This document shows positions 40,742 to 53,540 of a stretch of 64,000 nucleotides of DNA, piece after piece (within the stretch, counting starts at the first letter, position 1; each line of letters begins with the position of its first letter). Made by a program: the position numbers and the translations under genes. Below the pieces are notes generated by a model. The model worked only from the letters and a program-made list of their open reading frames with translations. It searched no databases and was not told the DNA's origin. Source of the stretch: Ramazzottius varieornatus (lineage: Eukaryota > Animalia > Tardigrada); NCBI GenBank assembly GCA_001949185.1, contig BDGG01000007.1:1260730-1324729 (forward strand), read 5' to 3'.

Positions 40742-41718
40742 CGGCAGATGACGACAAGTTATCGGCTAGCGCGTTTTCTGCTGTGAAACTTCACCAGGTT
40801 GACACATTTTTTATGGTTAAAGGCGCCCCGCGCGGGGCGGCCTGCCAGACAAATTTACTAATAAACTGATGAGCTGTAAACCAACGCAAACAACGTTGAA
40901 CACTGTCTCGTTTTAACCAAACAGTTCTTGACTACCTGCAATTTTTCGGAAGGAGACCAGGCTCAGCGCCTTTTTAACTTAAGTTTGCTTCAGTTGTTTT
41001 TGGTCGTATTCTCGATGGTCACGATCCTGGCCGCGGCAGGATAAATTCACATGGGCTTATCAGTGGCTCGTAAACTTATGCTCGAATACGCTGATGAGGG
41101 TGCGTACAGTGTTGTGGGCAAGTTCGGAAGAGACGAAGCAGGAGAAGCTTCAGTTCAGTTAAATACAAAAAAGAAGGAAAGGGCGGAAACTGATGAAACG
41201 AGTGCAAGTGCTTATTGGGTCGATTAATGATCTGCGATCATTAATCGGCCCCTTGAGAAGCTAAGTGAACAGAAAAGAGGGCGTCGACTGATGGAATCTG
41301 AACTAGGATGTCGTTAACGAAAGACATTTTAAGAGATAGGGAAATCAGGGGTGACCATCGAAGTCAACACGGGGTGTATCAAAGACCAACGTGATGATTG
41401 ATAACTCCCGTAACAACAGTAGTACAAATTCCGTGCGTGCGCGCATACTGTAATGCTCCATGAACTTCGCAAAGCACGTCATCATACGCGTACAGTACTT
41501 TTGAACCCCGGTCCGAGAATTTTACCCCACGAACCCCTTGAAGGATGTTTCGTGCGTATGATGACGTGCATCGCGAAGTTCTTGAAGCATCACGGTACTG
41601 TACAGTGCACATAGATATAGCTACACATCGTCCAGGTGAAATCGAAACGACCAGCGTAGCGCGATTGTTTGGTTGGACACTCGTAATACGATAGTGCATC
41701 GATTATGGAGTCATCGAG

Positions 41719-42371
41719 TATGGGCGGCCATCGCCGCCATAAGTCGTTTTCCAGTTTGACAGGTATTTCTGTCAAGTTCCAACATTTGCTTGATATAGTG
41801 TCACGCATTGTATGATATGAGGGCTCGCAGAGTCAAGTTCGGTGGCAGTCATTCCTCACCCTATCCCCACATTTGTTTGATATCGTGGGCACGATATCAA
41901 GTAAATCTTGAAACTTGCCCAAAGTACATGTCATGCTATGAATACACCTTGGGTGAAGTTTTTCCTGCAAGCAATTTGCTAATTTGCCACCTTCCCCAAA
42001 TTACATGCCGNNNNNNNNNNNNNNNNNNNNNNNNNNNNNNNNNNNNNNNNNNNNNNNNNNCCTAACCTTCCCAATTGCATGGCATGTAATTTGGGGAAGG
42101 TGGCAAATTAGCAAATTGCTTGCAGGAAAAACTTCACCCAAGGTGTATTCATAGCATGACATGTACTTTGGGCAAGTTTCAAGATTTACTTGATATCGTG
42201 CCCACGATATCAAACAAATGTGGGGATAGGGTGAGGAATGACTGCCACCGAACTTGACTCTGCGAGCCCTCATATCATACAATGCGTGACACTATATCAA
42301 GCAAATGTTGGAACTTGACAGAAATACCTGTCAAACTGGAAAACGACTTATGGCGGCGATGGCCGCCCATA
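41719..42371. repeat. 291-bp inverted repeat arms (41719-42009 / 42081-42371) around an assembly gap, flanked by ATCGAG direct repeats
   Basis: The arms read as exact reverse complements, giving identical ORF translations on opposite strands. ATCGAG occurs at 41713-41718 and 42372-42377. Confidence 0.85.
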
Positions 42372-42465
42372 ATCGAGAGCGTTGTCCAGTGTGTAACATG
42401 AATAGTAAGCTGACCACCAGCGACCAGCGGTTCTAGGTTCTAATGTTTGTGTTTTGTGAAAGGGT

Positions 42466-45138
42466 TCACCCGTATGCTGACTGATTTATCGGCCGAAGAA
42501 TTAGGCGTTCTAAGGCTCCAGATTCGTTTCTCAAAGTTTCTTTCAGATCCGCCATTGCAAAGTGGAAATGTCCGGCATGCGTTCTGTTCTGTTCTCCTAT
42601 TTTCTGGTCTCTCGTCTGATAGATCAAGATGCCGTACGTGATCCAAATCCCCATTACCTGAAACATCAGTGTACGATTTCCTTGAATAGTCAGGTGCAAA
42701 ATGGCTTTAATCTTACGTAAGCCAGGTATTCTAAATCAATGGTTCTTATCCCAGCTGCCGAGATGGCACCTGTCGACGAGTCAATCTCCGATAACATCAG
42801 GGCACAGCTAGCCTGTATGTCCAGTTCTCGGTACTCCGCTCGGACGGCTTGAACAAGGCGAACAATTTTCTTGACCTGCAGACATGGCACACTGCAAGAA
42901 TACCTCAAACTCCGCCGGGATCTTGAGTTACGTAACTGTGCTTTAGACGTATATTCTGTACGGGGTAAACTGCACAATTCAGTCGGGCCAGTTTTCCCCA
43001 TTACTATTCGGGCTGCGCCAAAAGTTGATATGCTATATTGATTGATCGTCATACATCCCTTGATTCAATTTTGGCCTTTTCAACACTGGACTTTTCAGCA
43101 TTGCGCAGACCCCCGATACTCCCACCGCTCATTCCTCAACTGTGTGATATCTTCCCACTTTCAGACCTGTTACGGCAGATACAGCAGACTGGTTATTCTA
43201 TCCAAGGGAACAAAGGCTGGGCGATTTCGAACAAGTTGCGCTGAGATACAGACGGCCCAAAGCGGGATGGCAAATCGGTCCCACCGCACTGTGCAGTTTG
43301 CCTCGTACCTGTGAAGCGCAGTGGAGACAAACACCAATTCTCAGGGCGGCATTGGATAACGAGATACTGATGGTGGTGTAATCCCAGCTGGCCTGGCGCG
43401 CAGTTCCTTCGAGACGTTCCGCATAGGCCACATCCGTTTCGTTAGCGCCCCGGGGACCAATTACTTCCAGAAGCGAAGCTATCACTCCGATTACGCAGAT
43501 GATATCACGAATACAATTTAACAAAATTAGAAGGCCGAATGTATCATTAAGGTCATGCGTCAAGTTCTGTAGCGCTCGAACACTTTTCACCTGCTTCAAC
43601 AACACCTGGGAGGTCTCTCCGGTGCGTAGGCTCTTGCTGTCTTCTTCCGGGATAACTGATTCTATGTTCCGACTGACAGCTCCAAACAATGTTGCCAATG
43701 CAAAGATCAACAAAACGTAATATAGTTGAGAGGCTATTTCCGTGTTGATTGCAATGATGTAGTATGAGCGGGTGAAAAGAATCACGTCCAACATGGTCAC
43801 TGGCAAACTAAACACTAGTCCGGGAGAGTCGAGTACCCGCACGCCATGAGTCCATGCCACCTCGAAGTCTCGTGTGATACACGGCAAATAACGGAATGAG
43901 GCAAAGATACAAAACACTGCAAGCCAAGTAACGATCCAAATGGGTAGAAAGATCGAGACTTGGTGACCAAATCGGAGCCAGGTGCCGTCGTGGAGTAATG
44001 CCGACCCGGCTCGGCTGAAGTGGTCAAGCAGATGTAGTATTCGTTTGCGGGAGCAGAACATGATTAGCATGGCCAGCGGAGCCACCAAGACTTGAGAAAT
44101 ATAATTGATTGCTCGAACCAAGACGAAGAGGTTCATGTCAGCGATCAGCGGTGCCCCATCTAATTTTAATTCCGTTTAGCAGATAGAAATTCAAATGTCT
44201 GGCGGTTCCGAACCGTCAACTCGGGTCGGGCTGAACCAAAAACAGCCGAACAGAGCTTTTTCAATTTATGTTGAGACCGATCCACTAGCAAAGCCCAAAC
44301 TGCACCTATGGTATTCTGACGAGCGAAAACGTCGAAGATTGCTAAGTGTAACATGAAAAAATAATGTTGTATTTTTCAGTTGTAAAGACAAATCATGCTC
44401 AAGGCTCGAGAATGTCGATGTTGTCATCTTCACCATCGTAAAGCAAGGGTTCGGGTGGGCCCTCCATTGCCGGCAGATTAACAACAGGGTTTCGTGCAGT
44501 TACCGAAGAAAACGATTACTGGTACTGGTTGCATAAAGCAGTTGGAACATGGCTATTATTATTTATCATTACCCTGAGGCCATAATGATGGATCGACAGT
44601 TCTATGGAATGACGCGACATCTTGTGATCGCACCCATGTCTGTTATCATTTCTGACCACGTTGATGTGATGTGTTATACCTTATACCACTTCTCGCTTAA
44701 GTTTCCGGAATATTCCAGAATTCCATACTCGGTCCATAACCTAAATTCATCCCGGCCCGATTACCGGTTCGGCTCCCAAGCCGAGGCCAGACATTTGAAT
44801 TTCAACTGCTAAACGGAATTAAAATTAGATGGGGCACCGCTGTCAGTGATATGTTTTTCAAAGTAGTAAAGGTAGTCAGCGAAGCCTACGAGGACAAGCG
44901 CACTTGCCAGTATGGCAATTACGTAGCCAGCGATTGCGCGAAAGCGAATCCTTCGCGCAGTCATGGGAAAGGCTGTGGTCCGGAATCTGCTGGACCACAG
45001 CCCATCCCATTCAGCTCGGCGTCGAGAGGGAAGGTATAATCCACAAAGCCACAAGTAGTGAAGAAAGTAAGGAGGTAGGAAAGATCTCGGAATCCCGTGC
45101 TTACTCTTCATTTTTGAGACAGAAGTGCCACTGCCCAT
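42466..45138 (-). pseudogene. Gustatory receptor-like gene 2, exon 1 interrupted by a MITE (44146-44842); exons 45138-43309 (minus insertion), 42875-42717, 42657-42466
   Basis: Paralog of gene 1 (YLWLCGLY, GYVIA, EIASQL, LNDTFGLLILLNCIRD, AISAAG..ID, WITYGILIYQ) with the same intron positions. Removing the element and one TSD restores ..EKHITD-MNLFVLVR in frame. Confidence 0.85.
44146..44842. mobile_element. Non-autonomous hAT-type element (697 bp) inserted in a Gr coding exon
   Basis: Perfect 37-bp TIR CAGCGGTGCCCCATCTAATTTTAATTCCGTTTAGCAG. 8-bp TSD TCAGCGAT (44138-44145) / TCAGTGAT (44843-44850). Confidence 0.95.
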
Positions 45139-46270
45139 GGAATTGCTACCGATTTTAGTGTAACACTTCAGGTCACAGAAATCCACAACGAGCCTTCGAA
45201 CTCAATAAAAGCGAACGACCAAGTGGACCAAATAGACCAAACAGAGGTGGTCGAGAGACCACCAGACCTCGTGTTGTGCGACGAATCACGGTCGCGCTAG
45301 CACACAGCGTGTTGAGCGCGCTGGCTGAACACTGGCTGGACCACAGCGAGTTGCACAAGTCAGACAACATTCGCGAGCTTCATGTCCTCTGCTCTAATTA
45401 CGCTCTTGTGCATGCTGTTTTTATCTTAGTGATAGCAAACACGGACAGTCAGCTGAGGGACTTGCCAAGCCTTTCGAGCCTCGCTAAACCCCGATCAGCA
45501 AATACATGGGCATAATTATTGCAACTCGACATGCTTAGCATGTTGGACCGGCGGCGACATAGCTCTAAACCCCGTGATTACTCTATTGTCAATGCTTTGA
45601 ATCCCAGACTCACCTACGGCACAGTTTCAGCTTTTGCCGGTAAAGAATTAGACGTTCGATCCCCACCGTACAATCTTTGTCTTTGCTTCCTGATACAGTC
45701 ATAGGGAAATACTTGGGTGAAAAAGAGCTCGACAAATGGGTTTCGGCAGCCCAATTTTAGCACGGACATTCGCCAGTTTACTTGTTGAGGCAACATCAAA
45801 CCCGCTGAAGTTGATCACCCCTGAAATTTCCTGGAGTATTCTCCCAAAAGGGCGAAACGTTTTGTCAGACTTCTATCCGTGGCGAAGCGTGGCGGCTCAA
45901 CCACGCGATGCTCCTCAGTACTTTGAACAATCTGATGTCAAAAAGGTGTATTTTGAAAGCAAAGGTTCGTATCGAAATTGGCCCGCCGAAATCCAAATGG
46001 AGTGTTGGCCAAGTAACGAGACTGCAATCGAAATTCATAGCACGTGATTTCCTAATCACGAAAAGATCAGCCGAATACCACTTGCGCCGCACCTTGAGGA
46101 CAAGTTAAGGGAGTTGCGCTACCAGGTTGTCCATTGAAGGCATTGCTATTACCTGGGGAACGGTTAGCAATACAGGTGCCAATGATACTACCAGCAGGGA
46201 AATTACAATTGCCAGATAGCACTGCACTGTTATAACAACACTGCTGCGTGCAGTCACTTCATCAGGGAAT

Positions 46271-47090
46271 CTATTTTCCACAGTTTAAGAATGGAGGGCA
46301 ATTTCCAGGAGGATTATAAACCAGAAAACCACACGTGCCAGCCCCACCGGCATTACCTCCCGTAAAAGCTTGATTTGTTCCTGGCGGTGCGTTCTGTAAA
46401 CATTGTTTGATTTGACTGTTGGGTGGGAAGTTACAAGTCCCTCCTGCAGGAGTCCGCAAGTTGCCTCCTACATTGCAGCATTGAGAGCAGTCTCCCTCCG
46501 TGCCTCCAATGAAGGTGCAACCCGACTGTGGTTGGGTCGTGGCGATACAGCTGCTCACGACTGCTGCTTGGGCGGTAGTAGAAAGTGGTGCAGGCGTAGT
46601 TGCGGCAGTCGGTGCCGCTGTAGTTGTGGTGGCGGAACTAGTGCTAGCTGGATTAGTCGTTGTTAAGAGCGGGGCAGGTGCAATTGTACTAGCAGGGGCC
46701 GTGATCACTGCATAAGAGTCGCCAGTAAAACTGTCCAGAGCAGGGTCTGAACCGATATCACTGAACCGAGTGGGTTGACAGCAGCGATGGGCAAAGCTGA
46801 GCCGTCATTTAACACAGATACGAAGTCGTTGTCAACAGAACAACGACAGCTCAGTACGCGATTCGTAATCGGATCCACCAGGTAAGGTATGAGAAAACAG
46901 TCGCTGGGTAATGGTGATGCCAAAATGGTACAAGCGTTGTTTGATACAGCCCTGGTAACAGGAAGCTGAACGACAAGGTTCAGAAGCGGCGATGCTTGAC
47001 GTGTCCTTCGTACAACTGGCGTTCCTTCAGTTATGAAAAGCCCAGAAACGTGAGAAAACAGCCGAATAGCACCCGTCCAGGGATTCGCAT
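46271..47090 (-). pseudogene. Secreted Cys-rich/Thr-rich family copy 3, with two 1-bp frameshifts (~47035, ~46750)
   Basis: Signal MRIPGRVLFGCFLTFLGF lies in a different frame from ITEGTPVVRRTR|Q. PIAAVNP..ISV shifts to SDPALDSFTGDSYAVITAP (cf. SDQSGLDAFSGVSYSVIRP). Thr linker and GCTF..DCSQCC..CNFP domain follow. Confidence 0.8.
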
Positions 47091-48743
47091 CTTCTTCGAG
47101 CTCTGTCAAATCGCAAGTTGGATCACTTCAAAGGCAACTCAGGACAATTGGTCAGCAAAACAACCCGAGCGTTTCATGCAAAAATAAGTCTTTTGTATGC
47201 TATGTTGTCCGGTGCTGTCGAACAAACTAACTTTTTCGCGCTTCTGGGATCTTCAAACGCCAAATGGTCAAGGTTGAACAAACAAAAAAACGACAAACAA
47301 GCTCGAGAGATCATGCCAGAACGGTAGCGAACTAACCGAAGGCGCAAGGCCGAGTGTTCATGATCATTCAAGATTCGCGCTTGCCTTCGCTGATTGACAA
47401 GGCTTGGTCATATTAAGGGCCGGAAAGCCTTACGACGATGGCATTTTACAGTACCTAAGGTCAACGGATCTCTGTCATGTAACTGATTAAGTTTTCAAAG
47501 ACTGGGCCCCGGCCACCTTTCATAAGATCGAACGTGCGCGAGTGATGCTAACTCGGCACAGGAATGCAAAGTTATCAGCCTAATTAATGGGCTGATTAGC
47601 TGCCCTCCACCATGTTTGACAGTACAAGTAGTACATGCACGAAAAGAAAGTTCGAGCCCCTAAAAAGTTCGGGCTTGACGGACAAGGCGGAAAATTGAAA
47701 TTCCAGCGTAGAAAATGGTTGAAAAGTGCTGTGGAGTGAATTGCACACGTACGTACGTACGTACTTCCGTTCCGCTTCTTCGGAATCGCCTGGCCCAAAC
47801 TTCTTACTAGCCCAAGCTTTCTTTTTGTGCGTGTACCGTTTACAGTTTTCAATTTCACCTTGTTTGAGGACTGTGTAATTAAACTGTCGGTTATGCATAG
47901 TACATATACAGTAAGATAAAACCAGAAAATCCCAGTCATAGTTAAAGTCACTCTAATGACAGTTCAAACGCCCCATTCCATGCAGAACAGTGTGTTTCCC
48001 TATCAGATACTAAAATATTGTATATAAGTAACAGTTCACCGTGAGACAATATAGCACAAGCTTGACTGCTGGCGCGGATGTTTTTTGTCTTCTCCTGTAA
48101 ATAACGTGGCGAGATTCGCTTTCCGGGCGGAGCACGGGAATAGTTGCATAAAATGCTTTTTGCTCGGCTGATATGCAGCTGGACGCTGACGCTTGGAGAC
48201 CAACACGGAGGGCGGTTTTGCGTCATTTCAACACTTTCCAGCAACCATGCTACAAAACACTGGCTCTTCACAGGAAAGTGCTGTATCATCTCGACATAGC
48301 CGACTGCGGGCAACTTTTGCAACATGCATTTTGTGGGCTTATAGCGTTATTTTTGTCATAATCGAAAGAACTCCTTGTTGAAAAAAAGTCGGAGCTAAGT
48401 AGTCACAGAATGACCCAGTAATTCCGATTGGAGCTTCTGAGAAAACACAGTGATCTCCGCTTGGTTTTTCTGGTTCAGGCGGCTTGCTCTGACGAGGAGT
48501 TGCGTTTCTTGGGGTCAACTTTGGCGTCAATGCATACACTCTCCGGGCGATAAAACCGGGCGATAAGATTCAAATGAACGCATGCAACCAGTACGAGTTA
48601 GTGATTCTTCAGAAAATGGAATGCTCAAGGACGGAAATAACCAGCGCAGCTTGTTCAGCAACAGAAGCTTAGTATTGCGCAGGAGCAGTTGGATTCGTTG
48701 CTATCTCCACCCAGAATTTCATGTTTAATCAGTATCTGCGTCT

Positions 48744-49601
48744 TTATCCTCCTTGCGTGGGAGGGTCCCCTACAATGCCACCTTGATCGCAGGCTACCGG
48801 ACTTTCGGTACCAGCTGTACCAGTGAAAGCTGCGCCGTTATCAGGACGACCATTGGCGATGTACCGTCCAATAATACTTCCGGCAGGAAAAGTGCAGTTT
48901 CCGGATAACGTTCCATTATTATTACAACATTGTTGAGAGCAATCGCTGGTGGTTGCTGTAAAAGTACAACCAAATGCCGGCGCGGTGCCGGTTGACAAGC
49001 ATGCTGCAACGAAAGCTGCTTGCTGCGCATTGGTCAGAGCCACTGTTATCGTAGTGGTGGTGGTGGCTGTGGCCGTTGTGGGGCTAGACGTTGGTGCTGT
49101 GGTGGTGTCAGTAACCGGTGAGACTGTTGTTGACGGCCTGATAACAGAGTAAGAAACTCCACTAAAGGCGTCTAGACCGCTCTGGTCAGATACGGAGAAC
49201 TGGCCAGTAGAGAGGTAGTCTGGGTTTACAGCCACGAGTGGCTGCGGAGCATCGCCTATGCTTTGTAGCACTAGCTGGTTGATTCCTGCCGGACATACCA
49301 GCTCGCAGCTTAGGATGCGATTTGTCTAATCTATTATGTTCGGCACAAATAGACAGCGGTTAGTAGGGGCAGGTTGCCCAGTTAAAGGTTGGCAAACGGC
49401 GTTGAACGAATTTCCTATGGAAGCTGGAAGCTGGTTGATCAGTTCCAACAGGTTGCTATTGCCTGGGATTTGCTGACTTCCGAAGACCGGACCACTTTGT
49501 CGAACTCTCCTTCGTAGTATCGGTTCAGAAATACAAAAGCCGGCCACAACCAGATAAACCGCGGTTGCAGATAGAAGATTCGAAAGTCTTGGATGTGCCA
49601 T
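48744..49601 (-). pseudogene. Secreted Cys-rich/Thr-rich family copy 4, with a single in-frame TAG at 49326-49328
   Basis: The frame continues past the stop: FVPNIID*TNRILSCELVC (cf. FVPNLWDSAGKVVSCRLLC). Signal peptide, RRVR|Q, Thr linker and GCTF..DCSQQCC..CTFP are present. Confidence 0.8.
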
Positions 49602-50964
49602 TATTAGCTCACGAATACTAACAAGCAATGCATAAAAAAACTGATCATGATTGTTCGGAGGGTTTTACACCTGCGTTATATGCTGGGTTCGTTCTTCTCT
49701 CATGTACATCGAACGACATCTGCAAATTATTATGACGAGCCGTGAAGGATGGTGTAATTAAACAAAGGTGAACGATCTTTCTAGGTTGACATCCGTCTTA
49801 AGATGTCTATCGGTATGCTGAGGTATGCCCAAGAAAAAAAGAAAATAGCAATGTATTAGGTGCGGAAGTATAACTTGCAACTTTTACAGCCCGTTACAGC
49901 CAAGCTGATCCCTTCCGGTCGAAATTTGTTTCTTCACTTTCTTCTGACTGAATAGTGTCTCCATCTAATTCTAACATTTTCCATGTTGAGATGACATCGT
50001 TGGGGCAGAACAAAATTCAACAATTCATCCGGGGTAGAAAGATAGATCGAACAAAGGCTATTTTTATCTGGCCTGAAAACATGCACGCCAGTTGATCGAG
50101 GTGCCATCTCTCTTTCCCACGTCACTATTCTATTTCTGACAGTGGTCTGACTTTACGCTCAAAAGTGTATCGTCGGAACACTAAGCAAACAGTCCTCTTT
50201 CAATCTGTGTGTACGAAAACGCCCTTGTTTTGACTATCAGGAAGCAGAAACTTTATGATCCTGTTGTAAGCAAAGTGCGACAGGGTGTCTCGACGAGGAT
50301 GTTATAAAATTAAATTTCGGAACAGTCTGTCTTCAAAACGTTCTGAAATTCATCGTACTAGAAAGCAGATGAGTCAGATATCCCAGAAGAGGTTGGAATG
50401 CTGCAAAAAATGCCGATCTAAATCTTTGAAAGTGAGACAAAGATTCGGTTGGATCAACTTGGCTGTAACGGGCTGTAGAAACCTTCAACTTCGAAAATTT
50501 ATGGTTTTGCTCAACCTCGTCAGATCGTCCGGGAACCTCTTTTCCGTCACCTGATGGACTCTTCTCTATCTACCAATGATCGAGCGTCCCATGTTTTGTA
50601 GTCCGCTGGTAAGGGATAACTAATTTCGTTCGGACCAGGGAGAAGGAAAATTCCGAAGGATTTAGGATCTCAATCTTTTTGGTTCTTCGTGCTTCGCACA
50701 CTAGCGATAACACCGCTCTTGTCCGGCCGAGCGAAGCGAGGCCCTTATAGGTCAGTGATTTCCCATGTTGAAACAATCGTTCGTCCTTCACTTTACTGCA
50801 AACACCGTAATGTAAATTCTTGCGCCACTTGACCCGGGCTGCGTTTTTTTTATTGGCAAACGGACGTTCATGGACACACCACTTGATCGAGCTACTGGTT
50901 TCTCGCGCGTGCTCGGCCGTTTCAGTGGCCAAAGCCACTTGCTAGTGTGTAGCAGTGGTTTCGC

Positions 50965-51755
50965 CAGGCGTATCTAATGCTGTCGCTGTCTCGATTTCTC
51001 GCTTCCAGATGGATCGCTTTCGTGAACTGGTACCTTCTGCCAAAGCCGAAGCAGAACCCGTGGATTCAAACCTAACAGAATTGGGCCGTTCTCTCCATTA
51101 GTCGCTAAATGCACCACTAGAGTTCCTGACCGAGAAGTCGAAAAGCTGCTCGCTGCCCACTTGGCTCCAGGAACCAGAAGAGCATATGAAACCGGAGCTC
51201 GACGATTTCTTTTTTTCTGCCTGACACACCACTACCCATTTCTGCCTACCTATGTTGAAACCATTCATCGTTTCGTCGCTTTCCTGTCTCAACAGAAAAT
51301 TTCCCCAAAAACGGGAGCTGTTTGTGTATCAGCAATTCGAAAACACCACATCCAGTGGGGTTTTCAAGACTCCTGTGTTGGCGATGTCAAGATCTCTCTC
51401 ATTCTGAAAGCATGGTCGAACTCAACAGAAGTCAAGCTTGATACTCGTAAGCCAATCACGACCGCGTTTAAGGTTCTCAAGTCTTGTCTGAAAGTAGTTA
51501 GTGGTTTGAGCGATAAGGATAAATTAATGCTGTGGTCACCTTTTTCTTTGGCTTTCTCCGTGTTTCTGAATACACTGCTCAATCTCGAACTAATGCTACG
51601 AGATCTCTGTTGACAACGTCGAACTCTATCCTGATAGTCTGTTACTTCCCATCAAGAAGGACAAGACGAATCAGCACGGCCATCCTACAAGTCTCAAGCT
51701 ATGTGCTACCAAGAGATCTTGTTGCCCGAAGCGGGCCTTTTCTAAATGGGTTCTC
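50965..51755 (+). mobile_element. DIRS-type retrotransposon fragment: RNase H 3' end plus degenerate tyrosine recombinase
   Basis: LAPGTRRAY..RRFLFFC..FVAFL..SAIRKHH..RKPIT..MLW..FFGFLRVSE. The segment 50965-51110 is a diverged inverted copy of ~51825-51970. Confidence 0.85.
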
Positions 51756-51805
51756 NNNNNNNNNNNNNNNNNNNNNNNNNNNNNNNNNNNNNNNNNNNNN
51801 NNNNN

Positions 51806-53435
51806 GCTTGAGTTGGTACCGGTTTTAGCGACTGATGGAGAGAACGGCTCAATTCTGTTGGGTTTGAATCCACGGGTTCTGGTTCGGCTTTGGCAGAAGG
51901 TGTCAGTTCACGAGAGCGATCCATCTGGAAGCGAAACATTGAGACAGCGACGGCACTAGATACGCCTGGAATGTGCTTGATTCGCAGGGTAAAGTTTCCT
52001 TTGGCCGCATGGAAGTAAATGCGACGAATAACCTCCATCAAACCCTTATGAGGTGACGAAAATTTCATCCACACTGTCACTGTAGCCTGATTGTACGAGT
52101 AAAACTGAAGGCGTTTGCCCCGCCGTTGAGACTCCCATATCACACACGCGAGGTAAACCGGTACCAACTCAAGCCAAGCGATCGGCGGGTTTAGCTTGAG
52201 AACCCATTCAGGCCATCTGAGCTGGAACCAAGAATCGCCACACATGCCACCACAGCCTATCGAACCTGCTGCGTCAGTGAATAGCAACATATCGCTTGCT
52301 AGTGTCCAAACAGGGTTGAAGAAAGACGCGGAACCATTCCAAAGTGGTAGGGATTGATTCCACCAGTCCAGATCTGCTCTGAATTCGTGATTGAGATAGA
52401 TTGTATGTTCGAGACGTTCTAGCTTATGCGCTAAATCCAGCATTCGACGGAAAAATATGCGCCCTGCAGGTACACATTTGGTGATGGCACTCAATTTTCC
52501 GACTAGACTCAGGGGTTGTCTTTTGGTTGCTCGTGGTTTACGATCGAAGGCTTCAAACTCAATCATGATTTCTTTTAGTTTTAATTCAGGAACATGTAAC
52601 GTCTGAATAACACTATCAACACCAATGCCCAAGAAGGTTAACGTTGTCAAGGGTCCTTCAGTCTTATCTTCAGCTAGAGGGACACCAAGGTCCTTGTATA
52701 GTGTCTCCATGTAATGCATGCTGTTCGACATTCGTGTTCTGTGGTACACACTACGAAGAAATCGTCCATGTAATGGACCCACCGACGTGTTGGACCGTGG
52801 TTGATCAGCAACCATTTGACAAACTCATTCGACATTCGATTGAAGATCGCAGGTGAAGAGCGAAGGCCGAACGGCAGCACTATTTCAATGTAGTACTGTC
52901 CGTCATGGTAGTATGGCCAGTCTGCCTTACGCACTGGGATAAGCCGAAACGCACTCTTGACATTCATTTTTGCCATAAAGGCACCGACATCGCAACCAGT
53001 GGCTAGCGCTACCCTATCATCAATACTTGAGAAGTGCAGCGTAAAAGGTTCTGTTGCAATGAAGTCGTTAACTGAGCCTCCAAAAGGCCTTGATAAATCC
53101 AAGATGAGTCGAGCGCCGCCTGTCTTCTTTGTTCTTACTCCGAGAGATGACACTACGGAGTACGAGAAAGGTGGATGTGCGAAGGGACCCACTGTGTGTT
53201 TAGGCTCGATATCTTTCTGGAAGTACTTCGTAACGATTTCTGGGTGGCCGAAAGCTGTGTTAGCATTCCGAGTTGCAGAGGGAAAACTGACAAGGGATTT
53301 ACGCCAGTCGGTCCTCTCCGACTCTAAAAGCAATACGGTAAAATAATAGAGGAGAGTTCACTCTACAAACCAGAACAGGTGTTATCGGCGGAACTAATTC
53401 CTGGACGCCACTGCAAGATTCGGGAACAGGGAAAT
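51806..53435 (-). mobile_element. DIRS-type retrotransposon fragment: reverse transcriptase plus RNase H, frameshifted
   Basis: RT motifs RLILDLS, SAFRLIPV, LPFGLRSSPAIF, YMDDF, KTEGP, LTFLGI; RNase H motifs FTDAAG and IAWLEL. Frameshift near 52710 and a DN motif mutated to YN. Bounded by gaps. Confidence 0.92.
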
Positions 53436-53540
53436 NNNNNNNNNNNNNNNNNNNNNNNNNNNNNNNNNNNNNNNNNNNNNNNNNNAGTATCAGCCAATGT
53501 ACGACAATAGTTCCACGCCGATGTGCGACAATAGTTCCTC

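Noticed and set aside
40824-40838. GC palindrome GCCCCGCGCGGGGC as a Helitron end or terminator
   Set aside because: No adjacent CTRR terminus or other support.
41808-42282. Identical peptides on opposite strands
   Set aside because: A consequence of the inverted repeat, with no coding evidence.
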